Notes: generated by a model not told the origin, from the sequence alone. A DNA stretch of 64,000 nucleotides from an uncultured Salinivenus sp. (GCA_964519235.1 CAZFJR010000002.1:1334-65333); one strand, 5' to 3'; counted from the stretch's first letter, positions 20,220-30,360 are shown. A program made the numbers and translations.

Positions 20220-20972
20220 ATGCGACGGTCCCTCTTGTACGCGCTTACGGGCCTGCTGGTGCTCGTCCCTCCCTTCTGGGGATGGGCCCTCCCCTCCAAG
20301 GCGCAATCCTCCGGGGCAGAGGCCCCCGAGCCGTCTGTGCGCAAAGCGGCCTCGAGGGCCCTATCGGCCCAGTATCCGGAAAGCGCCGACCACCTGAAGG
20401 TGCGCGTGCGGCGCGTGCGGGGCACCCTCGATCCCGAGGCGGGCCTGCGGCTGGTCTTTCCGGGCGGCGAGGGCAGGCCCACGGGCCTGACGCAGGTGGA
20501 TCTGCGCACCCGCGGGGCCGAGGGCGACTGGACGACGGCCGGTTGGGCCCTGCTGCACGTGGCCCGACTCGACTCTGTCGCCACCCTCCGGACGCGGGCA
20601 CCGCGGGGGGCTCCCATCGCCCCGTCCGACCTGGAAACGGCCTGGCTCGAAACGTCATCTCTGCACGGAGAACCGCTTCGGGCCGATACGGCACACACCC
20701 GGGCGGCCCGCGGCGCCCTCGTGGCTACACGCCACCTGCAATCGGGCCGCGTGCTGCGGGCCCGGGACGTGCGCCGTCCCTATGCCGCTGACACCGGCTC
20801 GGCCCTCCGCGTGCGCTACCAGAAAGGGCGTCTTGTCTTTCGGCTGTCGTGTACCGCCCGCGAGCCCGGGGGCGTCGACGACGTGATTCGCGTGCACTGT
20901 TCCGGTCTTAATACCATGTACCGCGCCCGCATCACCAGCAAGCGTACGGCCCAGTGGGTCGAAACCCTTTGA
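20220..20972 (+). CDS. flgA: P-ring assembly chaperone FlgA
   Basis: Signal peptide, SAF-like domain, position between flgG and flgH. Confidence 0.8.
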   Translation: MRRSLLYALTGLLVLVPPFWGWALPSKAQSSGAEAPEPSVRKAASRALSAQYPESADHLKVRVRRVRGTLDPEAGLRLVFPGGEGRPTGLTQVDLRTRGAEGDWTTAGWALLHVARLDSVATLRTRAPRGAPIAPSDLETAWLETSSLHGEPLRADTAHTRAARGALVATRHLQSGRVLRARDVRRPYAADTGSALRVRYQKGRLVFRLSCTAREPGGVDDVIRVHCSGLNTMYRARITSKRTAQWVETL

Positions 20973-21007
20973 GCACGGTTTTTGCACTTACAGACCCTCC
21001 ACACGTG

Positions 21008-21060
21008 TTCTCCCCGTTCAGATTCTCCCCGTTCAGATTCTTCGCACTCAGATTCTTCGC
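21008..21060 (+). repeat. 15-bp tandem repeat (about 3.5 copies)
   Basis: TTCTCCCCGTTCAGA x2, TTCTTCGCACTCAGA, TTCTTCGC. Confidence 0.9.
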
Positions 21061-21113
21061 GCCTAAAGCCGGCCCCGCGTTCCCGCCCCTCCCCTCTTGC
21101 CCCTGTCCTCACA

Positions 21114-21734
21114 ATGCTCCGTCCCCCGACGCCCCCTCCTGCTCGCCTCCTCCCCATCCTCCTCGTTCTGGCGATTCCTCTCGGGCACTCGGCCCCCACC
21201 TCGGCACAAGAGTCGCTCTACAGCGACCCAGTGGCCCACGAACCGGGCGATGTGCTCACCGTGATCCTCGACGAACGCACCTCCGCCGAACGGGAGAGCA
21301 GCTACCAGGGCAGCTCGAACGCGTCGGTGGGGGGCAGCGGGGCGGCCGATGGCCCCGGCCTCAGCAGCCAATTCGGGGCGGACGCAGAGATTCGCAGCCA
21401 GACCGACAACACTAACGAGACGGCCCAGAGCGGCACCCTCACCGGCACCATGACTGTTCGGGTTGTGGAAGTCAACCAGGCCGGCAACCTGCTCGTGGAG
21501 GGCCGTCGCAACATGACGGTGAACGGGGCCACGCACGTAATGGAGGTGTCCGGCCTCGTGCGGGCCGACGACATCCAGTACGACAACACGGTGCTCTCGC
21601 ACCAAATTGCAAACGCCAGGATCACCTACAACCAATCGGGAATGCGCCACAACGGGTTTTTCTCGAAGGGCTTTCTGTTAAAGGCGGGTTCGGCCGTACT
21701 GGTGGGCCTCAGCATTTTTCTAGGCCTTCAGTAG
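21114..21734 (+). CDS. flgH: Flagellar L-ring protein FlgH (no lipobox)
   Basis: GDVLTVIL, GNLLVEG, SGLVRADDI, NTVLSHQIANARI; start uncertain. Confidence 0.92.
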   Translation: MLRPPTPPPARLLPILLVLAIPLGHSAPTSAQESLYSDPVAHEPGDVLTVILDERTSAERESSYQGSSNASVGGSGAADGPGLSSQFGADAEIRSQTDNTNETAQSGTLTGTMTVRVVEVNQAGNLLVEGRRNMTVNGATHVMEVSGLVRADDIQYDNTVLSHQIANARITYNQSGMRHNGFFSKGFLLKAGSAVLVGLSIFLGLQ

Positions 21735-21774
21735 CCGCCCGCTGCCCCTTCTTTTCACCGATCCCCTCGTCTTC

Positions 21775-23004
21775 ATGAGCCTAGCCGTACGCGTGATTTC
21801 TCGCACCGTCGTGCGCGTGCCCATCGCGCTGATGCCCATCGCGCTGATGGTTGTGTTGGGGCTGGCCCCTGTGCCCCCGGCCGCAGGCCAGGCGGACACG
21901 GCGCAGGCCAGCGGCGGCCCGGCCGCTGTGGCCGGGCAGGGACGCACAGGCGCGTCCACCGCCACGACCAAGCTGAAAAGCATGGTGTCGCTGAAGGGCG
22001 CCTCCCCCGTCCAGCTTACCGGGTACGGCCTGGTGGTGGGACTCGACCGCACCGGGGATCGGGTGCGGGGACGGCGCGGCGCGGCCTACACGGTACAGAG
22101 CATCGCCAACATGCTGCGCAAGTTTGGGGTGAATGTGCGCCCGGAGATGCTGGAATCGCGCAACGCGGCGGCGGTGCTCGTGACGGCGACGATGGATCCC
22201 TTTAGCGGTCCCGGCAACCAGCTCGACGTGACCGTTTCGGCCCTGGGCGATGCTCGGTCGCTGTCCGGCGGCATCCTCCTGCGAACCCCCCTCAAGGGCC
22301 CCTCGGGCGATGTAAACTACGCCGTAGCACAGGGCCCTCTCACCACCGGCGCCGCACAGGCCTCCAGCCGCGGCACAGAGGTGCAGGTCAACCACCCCAA
22401 CACCGGCCGGGTGCCCAACGGAGCCATCGTGCGCGCGGCTCCTCCCGTCGACCTGAGCCAGGAACAGCTGGGGCTCGTGCTCAGCCGTCCCGACTTTACC
22501 AACGCCGAGAAGGTTGTGGAGGCCATCAACGAGGTCTTTCCCGGGGCTGCGCAGGCCCAGCACGCGGGCCTGGTCAACGTGAACATGCCCGACCAGCTCA
22601 ACAGCGCCTCCCAGCTGATGGCGGCCCTGGAGGGCATTACGGTGGACGTAGAGGCGCCGGCCCGCGTCGTGATCAACGAGCGCACCGGCACCATCGTGGC
22701 TGGAGGCGACGTGCGCATCAACGAAGTGATGGTCACCTACGGCGGCCTGACGGTTTCGACGCGCGAGCGCCGCTTCGTGTCGCAGCCCAATCCGCTCGGG
22801 CAGGGCGAGACCCGCTCGTTCGCGCAGGGATCGGCCCAGGTGCAACAGCAGGGCGCTCAGTCGGTCGTGCTGCCCCCCAACACCAACGTGAGCGACCTGG
22901 CCTCGGCCCTCAACGAACTCGGCGTGACGGCCCGGGACGTGATCTCCATCTTCCAGTCCATCGACCGCGCCGGCGCCCTTCAGGCCAAACTGGTGATCCT
23001 GTAG
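21775..23004 (+). CDS. flgI: Flagellar P-ring protein FlgI
   Basis: LTGYGLVVGL, NAAAVLVTA, DARSLSGG, ARVVINERTGTIV. Confidence 0.97.
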   Translation: MSLAVRVISRTVVRVPIALMPIALMVVLGLAPVPPAAGQADTAQASGGPAAVAGQGRTGASTATTKLKSMVSLKGASPVQLTGYGLVVGLDRTGDRVRGRRGAAYTVQSIANMLRKFGVNVRPEMLESRNAAAVLVTATMDPFSGPGNQLDVTVSALGDARSLSGGILLRTPLKGPSGDVNYAVAQGPLTTGAAQASSRGTEVQVNHPNTGRVPNGAIVRAAPPVDLSQEQLGLVLSRPDFTNAEKVVEAINEVFPGAAQAQHAGLVNVNMPDQLNSASQLMAALEGITVDVEAPARVVINERTGTIVAGGDVRINEVMVTYGGLTVSTRERRFVSQPNPLGQGETRSFAQGSAQVQQQGAQSVVLPPNTNVSDLASALNELGVTARDVISIFQSIDRAGALQAKLVIL

Positions 23005-23054
23005 CCTTCCGACTGTAGCCTTCCAAACTCTTCTCGACGCCCTTGCCTGCCCCT

Positions 23055-23513
23055 ATGCCTGCCGCGTCCGCCCCCGCCGTTTCGCCCTCCCGACCGATGT
23101 CCGCGTCGGCTCAACTGGGACCCACCCGGGGCCCCGGCGACTCAGACCCGCCGGAGACACCGCGGGAAGCCGCGGAGCAGTTCGAACACGCCCTGGTCCG
23201 CCAGTTCGTGCAGGTGATGACGAAGGACTTGTTCTCGCAGTCGCACGCCGGGCAGGGTGGAGGAAACTGGATGGAGAGCCAGCGCGGCCGCCAGCGCGAC
23301 CTCATGACGGACATGATTGCCAATCGCCTGGCCGACGCCGAGACGCTGGACGTGGCCGAGACGCTCATCCGGAAGTGGGGCGGGGGCTCGGCGAACGCGG
23401 CGGCTTCTTCCTCCGCGGCCCCGTCCGCCCCTCCGGCCCCCGACGCGTCTGGCACGTACCCGGCCCCCTCGTCTTCTTCTCACGAGCCCTCCCGCATCGA
23501 CCATGCCGCCTGA
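23055..23513 (+). CDS. flgJ: FlgJ-like rod-binding protein without a muramidase domain
   Basis: EAAEQFE...M.K rod-binding motif; short; follows flgI. Confidence 0.7.
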   Translation: MPAASAPAVSPSRPMSASAQLGPTRGPGDSDPPETPREAAEQFEHALVRQFVQVMTKDLFSQSHAGQGGGNWMESQRGRQRDLMTDMIANRLADAETLDVAETLIRKWGGGSANAAASSSAAPSAPPAPDASGTYPAPSSSSHEPSRIDHAA

Positions 23514-24039
23514 CCGCATTGCCCCCGCCGCCAACGCTCTCCTCGACACCCTGGAGGCCCAGGCCAACGTGCTTTCCGACCTCGACGACCTGTACGAGCG
23601 CCAGCTCCACGCCCTGAAGACCAGCGACCCGGACGCGCTAGGCGCGCTGGCCATGCAGACCCAGGACCGCGCCGCGGCCCTCGAGGACCTTCACCGGAAG
23701 AGCGAGCGCCAGGCCCGTCTCCTTGGCCGTGTGATCGACGACGTGCCCGACGACCCGGCGCTGGACGCGGTGATTCAGGCCCTCGGTACGGCGAGCCCCG
23801 ACGCGGGCGAGCGCCTGGCCGCGGCGCGCACGGCGGTCGCCGAGCAGGTGCAGGCCGTCCACGAACGGCGCGAGACGCTGCGGCTCGCCCTCGAATACGC
23901 CGCGGACCTTAACCACGACCTACTGGCGGCCATGCAGAACGCGGCGGGGCCGGACGACGGACACACCTACACGGCCGCCGGCCAGCCCGCGTCTGCCCAG
24001 TCGCCGGACAATCGCTCCTTTGTCAACACCCTCGGATAG
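23503..24039 (+). CDS. flgN: Flagellar export chaperone FlgN
   Basis: Helical protein ending in YTAAG motif, directly before flgK; ATG 23503. Confidence 0.75.
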   Translation: MPPDRIAPAANALLDTLEAQANVLSDLDDLYERQLHALKTSDPDALGALAMQTQDRAAALEDLHRKSERQARLLGRVIDDVPDDPALDAVIQALGTASPDAGERLAAARTAVAEQVQAVHERRETLRLALEYAADLNHDLLAAMQNAAGPDDGHTYTAAGQPASAQSPDNRSFVNTLG

Positions 24040-24043
24040 TCCC

Positions 24044-25393
24044 GTGAGCCTCAACTCCCTCTTTGAAATTAGCCAGCGCTCGTTCCGCGCCCTGAACGCG
24101 AAAATGAACGCGACGGGACAGAACATCGCCAATGCCAACACGGAAGGGTACAGCCGGCGGCGCACCACCCTCGCGGCCCAGAACACTGTATCGCCGGGCC
24201 TCTACACGCCTCCGTCCACCCCCAACGCTCCCGGCAGCGGTCCCCGCGTTACCGCCTACGAACGGATGCGCGACCGCATGCTCGACGAAGCTGCAGCCGA
24301 GGCGCAAACCGGCCAGGGCGGGGCGCGCGAGGAAGCCCGCCTGCTCTCGGTGCTGGAAGGCGCCCTGGCCCCCGACACAGACAGCGGCCTCTCTGCCTCC
24401 CTCGAAGACTTCTTCGGGGGCATGAACGACCTTGCTAACGCCCCCACCGACCAGGGCGTGCGGAGCACCGTGCTGTCGAAGGCCGACGGCCTTACCGATG
24501 CGTTCAACCGCCTCGACCAGCGCTTGGGCAGCCTGCGCACCGACACCGAGTCGGCCCTCGCCTCCAGCGTCGATAAGGCCAACGGGCTCCTCGACGATGT
24601 CGCCGCCCTCAACAAGAAAATCAGCGAGGCGCGGGCCGGCGGAACGCCCGACCTCGCGGCCAAAGACCAGCGCGACCGCCTCGTCTCGAAGCTGTCCTCG
24701 CTCATGCCGGTGGAGGTGCAGCCCGACGCGGAGGCCGGCTACACCCTCTCGGTGGACGGCATGCAGGTGGTGCAAGGCACCGAGACCACCCGCCTTCAAC
24801 AGCCCAACCCCACCACCGTCGAGTTTGGGAAGTCCGGGGTGGCCTTCGCCCCTGGAGACACGAATGGAGGCGAACTCGGGGCGCAGTTGCGCACGCTCAA
24901 CGAGACCCTGCCCGAGGTGCAGGCCCGGCTGGACGGGCTGGCCGAAGACGTTGTGACGGAGGTAAATGCCATCCACGAAACCGGGTTCGACCAGAACGGG
25001 AATACGGGCACTCCCTTTTTCGATCCCACAAAAACGACGGCCGGCTCCATGGAGCGGGCCGTCGACGCCCCGGAAGCCATCGCGGCCTACGGCGCGGCCG
25101 ACGCTCCCGGAAACACCGCACCGGCCCAACAGATGGCGGCCCTTTCGGAAAGCCTAACCCCCAAGGCCATCGACCTGTCCGCCAGTGTGGGCTCGAAGGT
25201 GCAGCAGGCCGCGGCCCGGGAGGAGGCGCAGGCCGCCACGGCGGCCCACCTGCAAAGCATGGCCGAGGGCGTGTCCGGCGTGTCGCTCGACGAAGAAATG
25301 AGCACGCTCATCGAACAGCAGCAGCAGTTTGCCGCCTCGGCCCGGGTGCTGAGCACCGCCCAGGAAATTACGAGCACGCTGCTGTCGATGTAG
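24044..25393 (+). CDS. flgK: Hook-associated protein 1 FlgK
   Basis: NIANANTEGYSR, DQRD, SGVSLDEEM. Confidence 0.95.
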   Translation: MSLNSLFEISQRSFRALNAKMNATGQNIANANTEGYSRRRTTLAAQNTVSPGLYTPPSTPNAPGSGPRVTAYERMRDRMLDEAAAEAQTGQGGAREEARLLSVLEGALAPDTDSGLSASLEDFFGGMNDLANAPTDQGVRSTVLSKADGLTDAFNRLDQRLGSLRTDTESALASSVDKANGLLDDVAALNKKISEARAGGTPDLAAKDQRDRLVSKLSSLMPVEVQPDAEAGYTLSVDGMQVVQGTETTRLQQPNPTTVEFGKSGVAFAPGDTNGGELGAQLRTLNETLPEVQARLDGLAEDVVTEVNAIHETGFDQNGNTGTPFFDPTKTTAGSMERAVDAPEAIAAYGAADAPGNTAPAQQMAALSESLTPKAIDLSASVGSKVQQAAAREEAQAATAAHLQSMAEGVSGVSLDEEMSTLIEQQQQFAASARVLSTAQEITSTLLSM

Positions 25394-25456
25394 CCCCCGG
25401 CCCCGGCCCGTCGCACTAGCCCGTTTCTCGCCCCCCCGAATTGTTCGGTCGTTCCC

Positions 25457-26383
25457 ATGTCTTCCGTCAGCATTGCCCGCCAGCGAGGCCTTTACGCCGG
25501 GCTCCCCGACCAGGACCTGCCCCCCATCCGTCGCGATCTCAGCCGCCTGCGGGAGCAACTCAGCACCGGCAAGCGCATCAACCGTCCTTCCGACGGCCCC
25601 GACGCCTTCGCCGTGGCGCAGGAGATGAAGACGCTCGGCAATCAGCTACAGCGACGCATGGAGACCATCGAGGCCGCCCGCCCCTTCGTGGACCGTACCC
25701 AGCAGGAGCTCGACGGAATGATCGACCTCTTCGCACAGGCCAAAGAGAAGGGCGTGCGTGCGGCCACCGACTCGCTGTCCGACGACGACCGCTCGGCCAT
25801 CGCCCAGGAGCTACGCTCCATCAAAGGCGAGGTGACAGACCGCCTCAACGCGCGCCAGAACGACGAGTACCTGTTCGCCGGCACCCGCACCAGCACATCG
25901 CCCTTCAACGCGGACGGCACCGTAAACGGCACGTACGACGACATCGATGGCGCGCGCACCCGCCCCGTTGCCCGCAATCAGTCTCTCAAGACCAACATTA
26001 CCGGCGCGGAGCTGCACCGGTACGACACCACGCCGAACGCCACGAAGACGATCACCGGGGCCCTCGACGGCCTCATCAGCGCCGTCGACCCTGCCGATGC
26101 CACCACCAACGACGTTCGGGACTCTCTCGGTGAGGTAAAGGCGGCGCTGGATCACGTGATCGCTAAGGGGGCCGAGGCGGGCAGGATTGGGAATCGCCTC
26201 TCCACGGCCCGCGACCAGCTGGACGCCGCCCAGCTTACTGCCCGCGAGCGCCAGTCCGAGGCCGAAGACGCCGACCTTGCCAAAGTCGCCTCAACGCTCC
26301 AGCAGAAGCAGACGCAGCTTCAGGCGGCACTCAAGGCGGTTGCTTCGACCAAGCAGCAAGCCTCTCTCGTCAACCTGCTCTAA
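25457..26383 (+). CDS. flgL: Hook-associated protein 3 FlgL
   Basis: QLSTGKRINRPSD, YLFAG; follows flgK. Confidence 0.92.
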   Translation: MSSVSIARQRGLYAGLPDQDLPPIRRDLSRLREQLSTGKRINRPSDGPDAFAVAQEMKTLGNQLQRRMETIEAARPFVDRTQQELDGMIDLFAQAKEKGVRAATDSLSDDDRSAIAQELRSIKGEVTDRLNARQNDEYLFAGTRTSTSPFNADGTVNGTYDDIDGARTRPVARNQSLKTNITGAELHRYDTTPNATKTITGALDGLISAVDPADATTNDVRDSLGEVKAALDHVIAKGAEAGRIGNRLSTARDQLDAAQLTARERQSEAEDADLAKVASTLQQKQTQLQAALKAVASTKQQASLVNLL

Positions 26384-26454
26384 TCGTCACGCGCCCCCTT
26401 TCTTTTCTCCTCGGCGCCCCGCCGTCGTTTTCCGTACTGGCGTCTGCCTCTCCA

Positions 26455-27447
26455 ATGAGCAATGCGCCCTCGTCGGGGGAGAGCGGCAGCCTCCGCAGCC
26501 TCGATCTGCGCCTGCCCCCGCTCCCCCAGACCCTGCCCCAAGTGCTAGAACTGCTTCACAGGCCGGGCTTTGTCCCCGCCGAAGAACTGGCCGAAGTGGT
26601 ACAGGGCGATCCGGCCGCCGTGGCCCGCCTGCTCAAGCACATCAACTCAGCGTACTACGGACTGCGCCGCTCCATCACGAGCGTCGAGCGCGCCATTCGC
26701 ATGATGGGCCCCACCACGGCGGCCGGCACGGTAATTGGCCTGCGCATGCTGGAGATGGAGGACCTGCTGCACGGCCCCGCCGGGCCCTGCCTCGCCCGCC
26801 TGCTGCGGCACAGCGAAAGCACGGCGTTTCTCACGCAGTACCTGATTAGCCGGGCCGCCCCGGAGGCCAACGCCCCCGACCCAACGGCCAACGCCCCGAG
26901 CGGAAGGGGATTCGCGGAAGGATTGCTGCACGACTTTGGGAAGCTGGTGCTGCTCTACAACTACCCGGAGAAGGCCGCGGCGCTCTACGACCAGCAGGTG
27001 CTCGACGAGTATCTGGCCGGCACCGAGGCGCGCGCGCTCGAACAACTCGTCTTTGGGTGCGACCACACCGAAGCGGGGCACTACGCCGCCGCCGAGATGC
27101 ACTTTCCGCCCGTGCTCACCGATGTCATTCGCCACCACCACGCGCCCGACCAGGCGGAGAGCAACACCGCCGCCCCCACCCTTCTCCGGGCTGTACGCGC
27201 CGCCAACCGCGCCACCAAAGCCATGGGGCCTGCCTTCGCAGGCCTCCACCCCTCGCCGCCCGACCTCGACTGGGCCGCCTGCGCAGAGGCGCCCGTCTGG
27301 TCCCACTGGCAGGCGGACCCGGAGGCCAACGCGCCCCCGATGGACCTGATGGACGATCTGCGGGCAAAACGAAGCGAGATCGTCCACTTCACGAAATTTT
27401 TCCTAGAGATCCCGGAGGTATTGGACCCAATTCCTCCTCCGTCTTGA
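26455..27447 (+). CDS. HDOD domain protein
   Basis: LPPLP, DP...ARLLK..NSAYYG, GLLHDFGK, HTEAG, IRHHH. Confidence 0.92.
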   Translation: MSNAPSSGESGSLRSLDLRLPPLPQTLPQVLELLHRPGFVPAEELAEVVQGDPAAVARLLKHINSAYYGLRRSITSVERAIRMMGPTTAAGTVIGLRMLEMEDLLHGPAGPCLARLLRHSESTAFLTQYLISRAAPEANAPDPTANAPSGRGFAEGLLHDFGKLVLLYNYPEKAAALYDQQVLDEYLAGTEARALEQLVFGCDHTEAGHYAAAEMHFPPVLTDVIRHHHAPDQAESNTAAPTLLRAVRAANRATKAMGPAFAGLHPSPPDLDWAACAEAPVWSHWQADPEANAPPMDLMDDLRAKRSEIVHFTKFFLEIPEVLDPIPPPS

Positions 27448-27507
27448 GCCCTCAGCCGCCCCCACCACGGCACAGTCCTCCGTCCCCTCCTGCCCCATTT
27501 CCCCGTT

Positions 27508-28608
27508 ATGCATTTTCCCGCTATGCCCGACGCCGCCGCCCCTCAGCCGGACCGCCCACCTCGTTCCTTCCAAGAACCGGAGACACGCCAGGAACCGGAG
27601 ACACGTCTGATGGATCGGTGTCCCGTCCCCCCTCCGGCCCGAACAGCATCTGCCTGGGCGCCGGTAGACCTGGTGCCGCTGGTGAAAGAAATGCTTCCCC
27701 GCGTCCGGTCGTCGTGCCCCCGCGCGCTCACCATTCGCACACGCTTCGGCGACGCTTGTCCGGTTTGGGGACGCCGACCGGCCCTGCGACGGATGGGGGC
27801 GCTTCTCGTCGCCCGCGCCGTGACCCGAATGGCCGGGGCGTGGACCGAGCGCCCCACTGTGCTAGACGTGTCTGCCCGGCCTCTCACCGCCGATGCCGAC
27901 CTGGCCGAGGCCTGCCCCGGGCTCAAGGCAGGGCGGTACGCCCACCTCGCCATCAGCAGTAGCGGCGGTAGGCCTCGTGCCTGTGCCCCCCGCGAGCCGG
28001 ACGGCAGCCCGCCTGTACCGCCCAGTGCCGACGCGCCCCCCACGGACGACGCGGACGGCACCGCCTCCAGCCTGCAAAGGGCCCGGCGCATCGTGGAGGG
28101 ACATCGCGGAACCGTTGCGGTGCGCACGGCACCGGACCGGGGCACCACCGTCCACGTGTACCTTCCCCTCGCGGCCGAGCCGTCCCCGCCGGCCCCCTCC
28201 GTTCCCGCGCCCGAGGCCGCCTCCCCACGCGCCCTCGTGGTGGACGATGACAAGACCGTGCGCGCTCTCGAAGGCGCTCGGCTCAGCCGTCTGGGCTGTA
28301 CCGTTACCCGCGCGGCCACCGCCGAGCAGGCCCTCGCGGCCGTCCGAAAGGCCGGCGCGTCCGTGGACCTGGCCCTCGTCGATTACCACCTTCCCACCCT
28401 GAACGGCCTGGAACTGGCCCACGCCCTGCGCGGCCGCGGCTGCCGGGCAACAATCGCCCTCATGACCGGATTTTCCGCCCAGGTGTCCGAGGCCACGGTC
28501 CGCGTCGTAGGCATCGATTACCTGCTCCGCAAGCCCGTGGAGCGCCGTACGTTGGCGGAAGTGCTGACGAGTCTGCACAGGTCCGAGGGCTGTGGCGCCC
28601 CGGCGTAA
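27508..28608 (+). CDS. Degenerate HATPase_c plus receiver-domain protein
   Basis: Hybrid-kinase-like C-terminus (GRYAHLAIS, IVEGHRG, GTTVHVYLP) followed by REC (VVDDD, LVDYHLP, RKP); no H-box. Confidence 0.8.
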   Translation: MHFPAMPDAAAPQPDRPPRSFQEPETRQEPETRLMDRCPVPPPARTASAWAPVDLVPLVKEMLPRVRSSCPRALTIRTRFGDACPVWGRRPALRRMGALLVARAVTRMAGAWTERPTVLDVSARPLTADADLAEACPGLKAGRYAHLAISSSGGRPRACAPREPDGSPPVPPSADAPPTDDADGTASSLQRARRIVEGHRGTVAVRTAPDRGTTVHVYLPLAAEPSPPAPSVPAPEAASPRALVVDDDKTVRALEGARLSRLGCTVTRAATAEQALAAVRKAGASVDLALVDYHLPTLNGLELAHALRGRGCRATIALMTGFSAQVSEATVRVVGIDYLLRKPVERRTLAEVLTSLHRSEGCGAPA

Positions 28609-28745
28609 GCTCATGGGGCGACTCTGGCTGCTCCGCTGGTTCGGAGACCGACTGCCTCGCCTTCTTTGCCCCGGGGGCCTTCACCGTAGCAGGAGGCGGC
28701 CGTATGGCCCACGTGCCCGTCGTCGCCCGATCGTCACAGTCGGAT

Positions 28746-28772
28746 TTAAAAGTCTCTCCGTTCCACCGATAA
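28746..28772 (+). promoter_or_regulatory. sigma28 promoter of fliC
   Basis: TTAA-N15-ACCGATAA. Confidence 0.85.
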
Positions 28773-28864
28773 CGGAGAGTGAGCCGACACGGCCCGATGC
28801 GGCCCGGTGCGGCCGATGCGGCACTCACGCTCACGGATTCTGACCCAGACACCAACCGACAGCC

Positions 28865-30172
28865 ATGTCCAACGCATTTCGGATCAATACCAACATTCAG
28901 TCCCAGCAGGCCTTCCAAAACCTGTCGGAGACGAACGATCAGCTCTCTCAGCTTCGTCAGCGCCTCACGACAGGCAAGCGCATTAACGAGGCCTCGGACG
29001 ACGCAGCGGGCTTCGAGATTGCCAATAAGCTACAAGCCAAGACCGGTGCGCAGGGGCAGGCGCTCCGCAACATCGGCGATGCGAAGAGTGCCCTGGGCAC
29101 CGCCGAGGGCGCGCTCGACTCGCAACTCAGCATCCTGCAGACGGCAAAGGAGAAAGCCACACAGGCCGCGAACGGGAGCCTCTCACAGGACGAGCGAAAT
29201 GCCATTGCCGGAGAGCTCAACGAGCTCGCCTCCGAAGTCAATGATATTCAGGAAAACGCGACGTTCAACGGGAAGCAGCTTCTAAATGGCGGCTCGGCGA
29301 CGAAAGACGGAACCGGTGCGCGATCGTTCAAATTCCAGACTGGCACTGGGTCCGACGATCAGGGAACCGGGCAGTTCGAGGTGAAGCTGGCGAACTCGGG
29401 CACCACAGAGCTGGGCCTGGGAGGCACCCTAGACCTTAGTACAACGGAAGGGAAGAATGAAGCAGTCAGTGTTGATCAGGGGGATTTCGGCAACAGCGAA
29501 GGGCCTGGGAACTTGCAGGACAGCCTGACGGACGCTTCCAGCACGACAGCCGGGGATCCTGAGGTTGTGGCTGATCTCAACGGCAGCGATCTTGCGGGCG
29601 ACTTGGAGGGGGGAGAGTTCAACGTCTCGGTCACCGACGACGGTGGTGGAAGCAGCCTCACCTTCCAGATCGAAAAGGGGGGGGAAATCACCAGCACACA
29701 GACCGTCGATGTGAGCTCCAACGACGCCAACGTTACGCTGGAGGACGACGGCAGCAGCAACACGATTGAGTTCGATGCCGGCAGCGCGTTTGCAGACGGC
29801 GACGTTGGGGCAGATGAAACGAAGGAATTCTCGATCGAGGTCACCGACGGAAAGCTCGGGGACCGGCTGGCAGGGAGTTCCGATTCCGCGGATGCCCGGG
29901 ACATCATCAGCGACATTGACGGGGCCATCGACACCCTAACCAGTGAGCTCAGCGACCTTGGGGCCAGCCAGAACCGGCTGTCGTTCAAAGAGAGCAACCT
30001 GGAAACCTCCAGGACGAACCTGAACTCGGCCCAGAGCCGGATTGAGGACGCGGACTTCGCGCAGACGCAGACGCAGGTGGCGAAGCTGCAGGTACAGCAG
30101 CAGTCCGGCACCGCGCAGCTGGCGCAGGCCAACGCCGCGGGCCAGAGCGTCCTGTCGCTGCTCGGCGGCTAA
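28865..30172 (+). CDS. fliC: Flagellin
   Basis: RINTN, RLTTGKRIN.ASDDAAG, LGASQNRL, SRIEDADFA, AQAN. Confidence 0.98.
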   Translation: MSNAFRINTNIQSQQAFQNLSETNDQLSQLRQRLTTGKRINEASDDAAGFEIANKLQAKTGAQGQALRNIGDAKSALGTAEGALDSQLSILQTAKEKATQAANGSLSQDERNAIAGELNELASEVNDIQENATFNGKQLLNGGSATKDGTGARSFKFQTGTGSDDQGTGQFEVKLANSGTTELGLGGTLDLSTTEGKNEAVSVDQGDFGNSEGPGNLQDSLTDASSTTAGDPEVVADLNGSDLAGDLEGGEFNVSVTDDGGGSSLTFQIEKGGEITSTQTVDVSSNDANVTLEDDGSSNTIEFDAGSAFADGDVGADETKEFSIEVTDGKLGDRLAGSSDSADARDIISDIDGAIDTLTSELSDLGASQNRLSFKESNLETSRTNLNSAQSRIEDADFAQTQTQVAKLQVQQQSGTAQLAQANAAGQSVLSLLGG

Positions 30173-30218
30173 GGCTGAGCACGTGATCGGGGTCTATTTC
30201 GCACGCACCATCCAGTAG

Positions 30219-30256
30219 GCACAGCCTCCGGTCCGCGCCGGGGGCTGTGCTTTTTT
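30219..30256 (+). terminator. Rho-independent terminator after fliC
   Basis: GCACAGCCTCCGG-loop-CCGGGGGCTGTGC followed by T6. Confidence 0.9.
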
Positions 30257-30305
30257 GGCGATAAAGACAGCGTCGGTCCGCGGGCGGCTTGGGGGCCGGT
30301 GGGCC

Positions 30306-30332
30306 TTAAAAGTGCGGGCCGACTGCCGATAA
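30306..30332 (+). promoter_or_regulatory. sigma28 promoter of fliS-fliD-fliT
   Basis: TTAA-N15-GCCGATAA. Confidence 0.9.
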
Positions 30333-30360
30333 CCGGAGGCGAGGGAAAGCGGGGAGTGCC

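Noticed and set aside
20971-20986. sigma54-like GAGCACGGTTTTTGCA before flgH
   Set aside because: Lacks the essential -24 GG (AG instead), so not called
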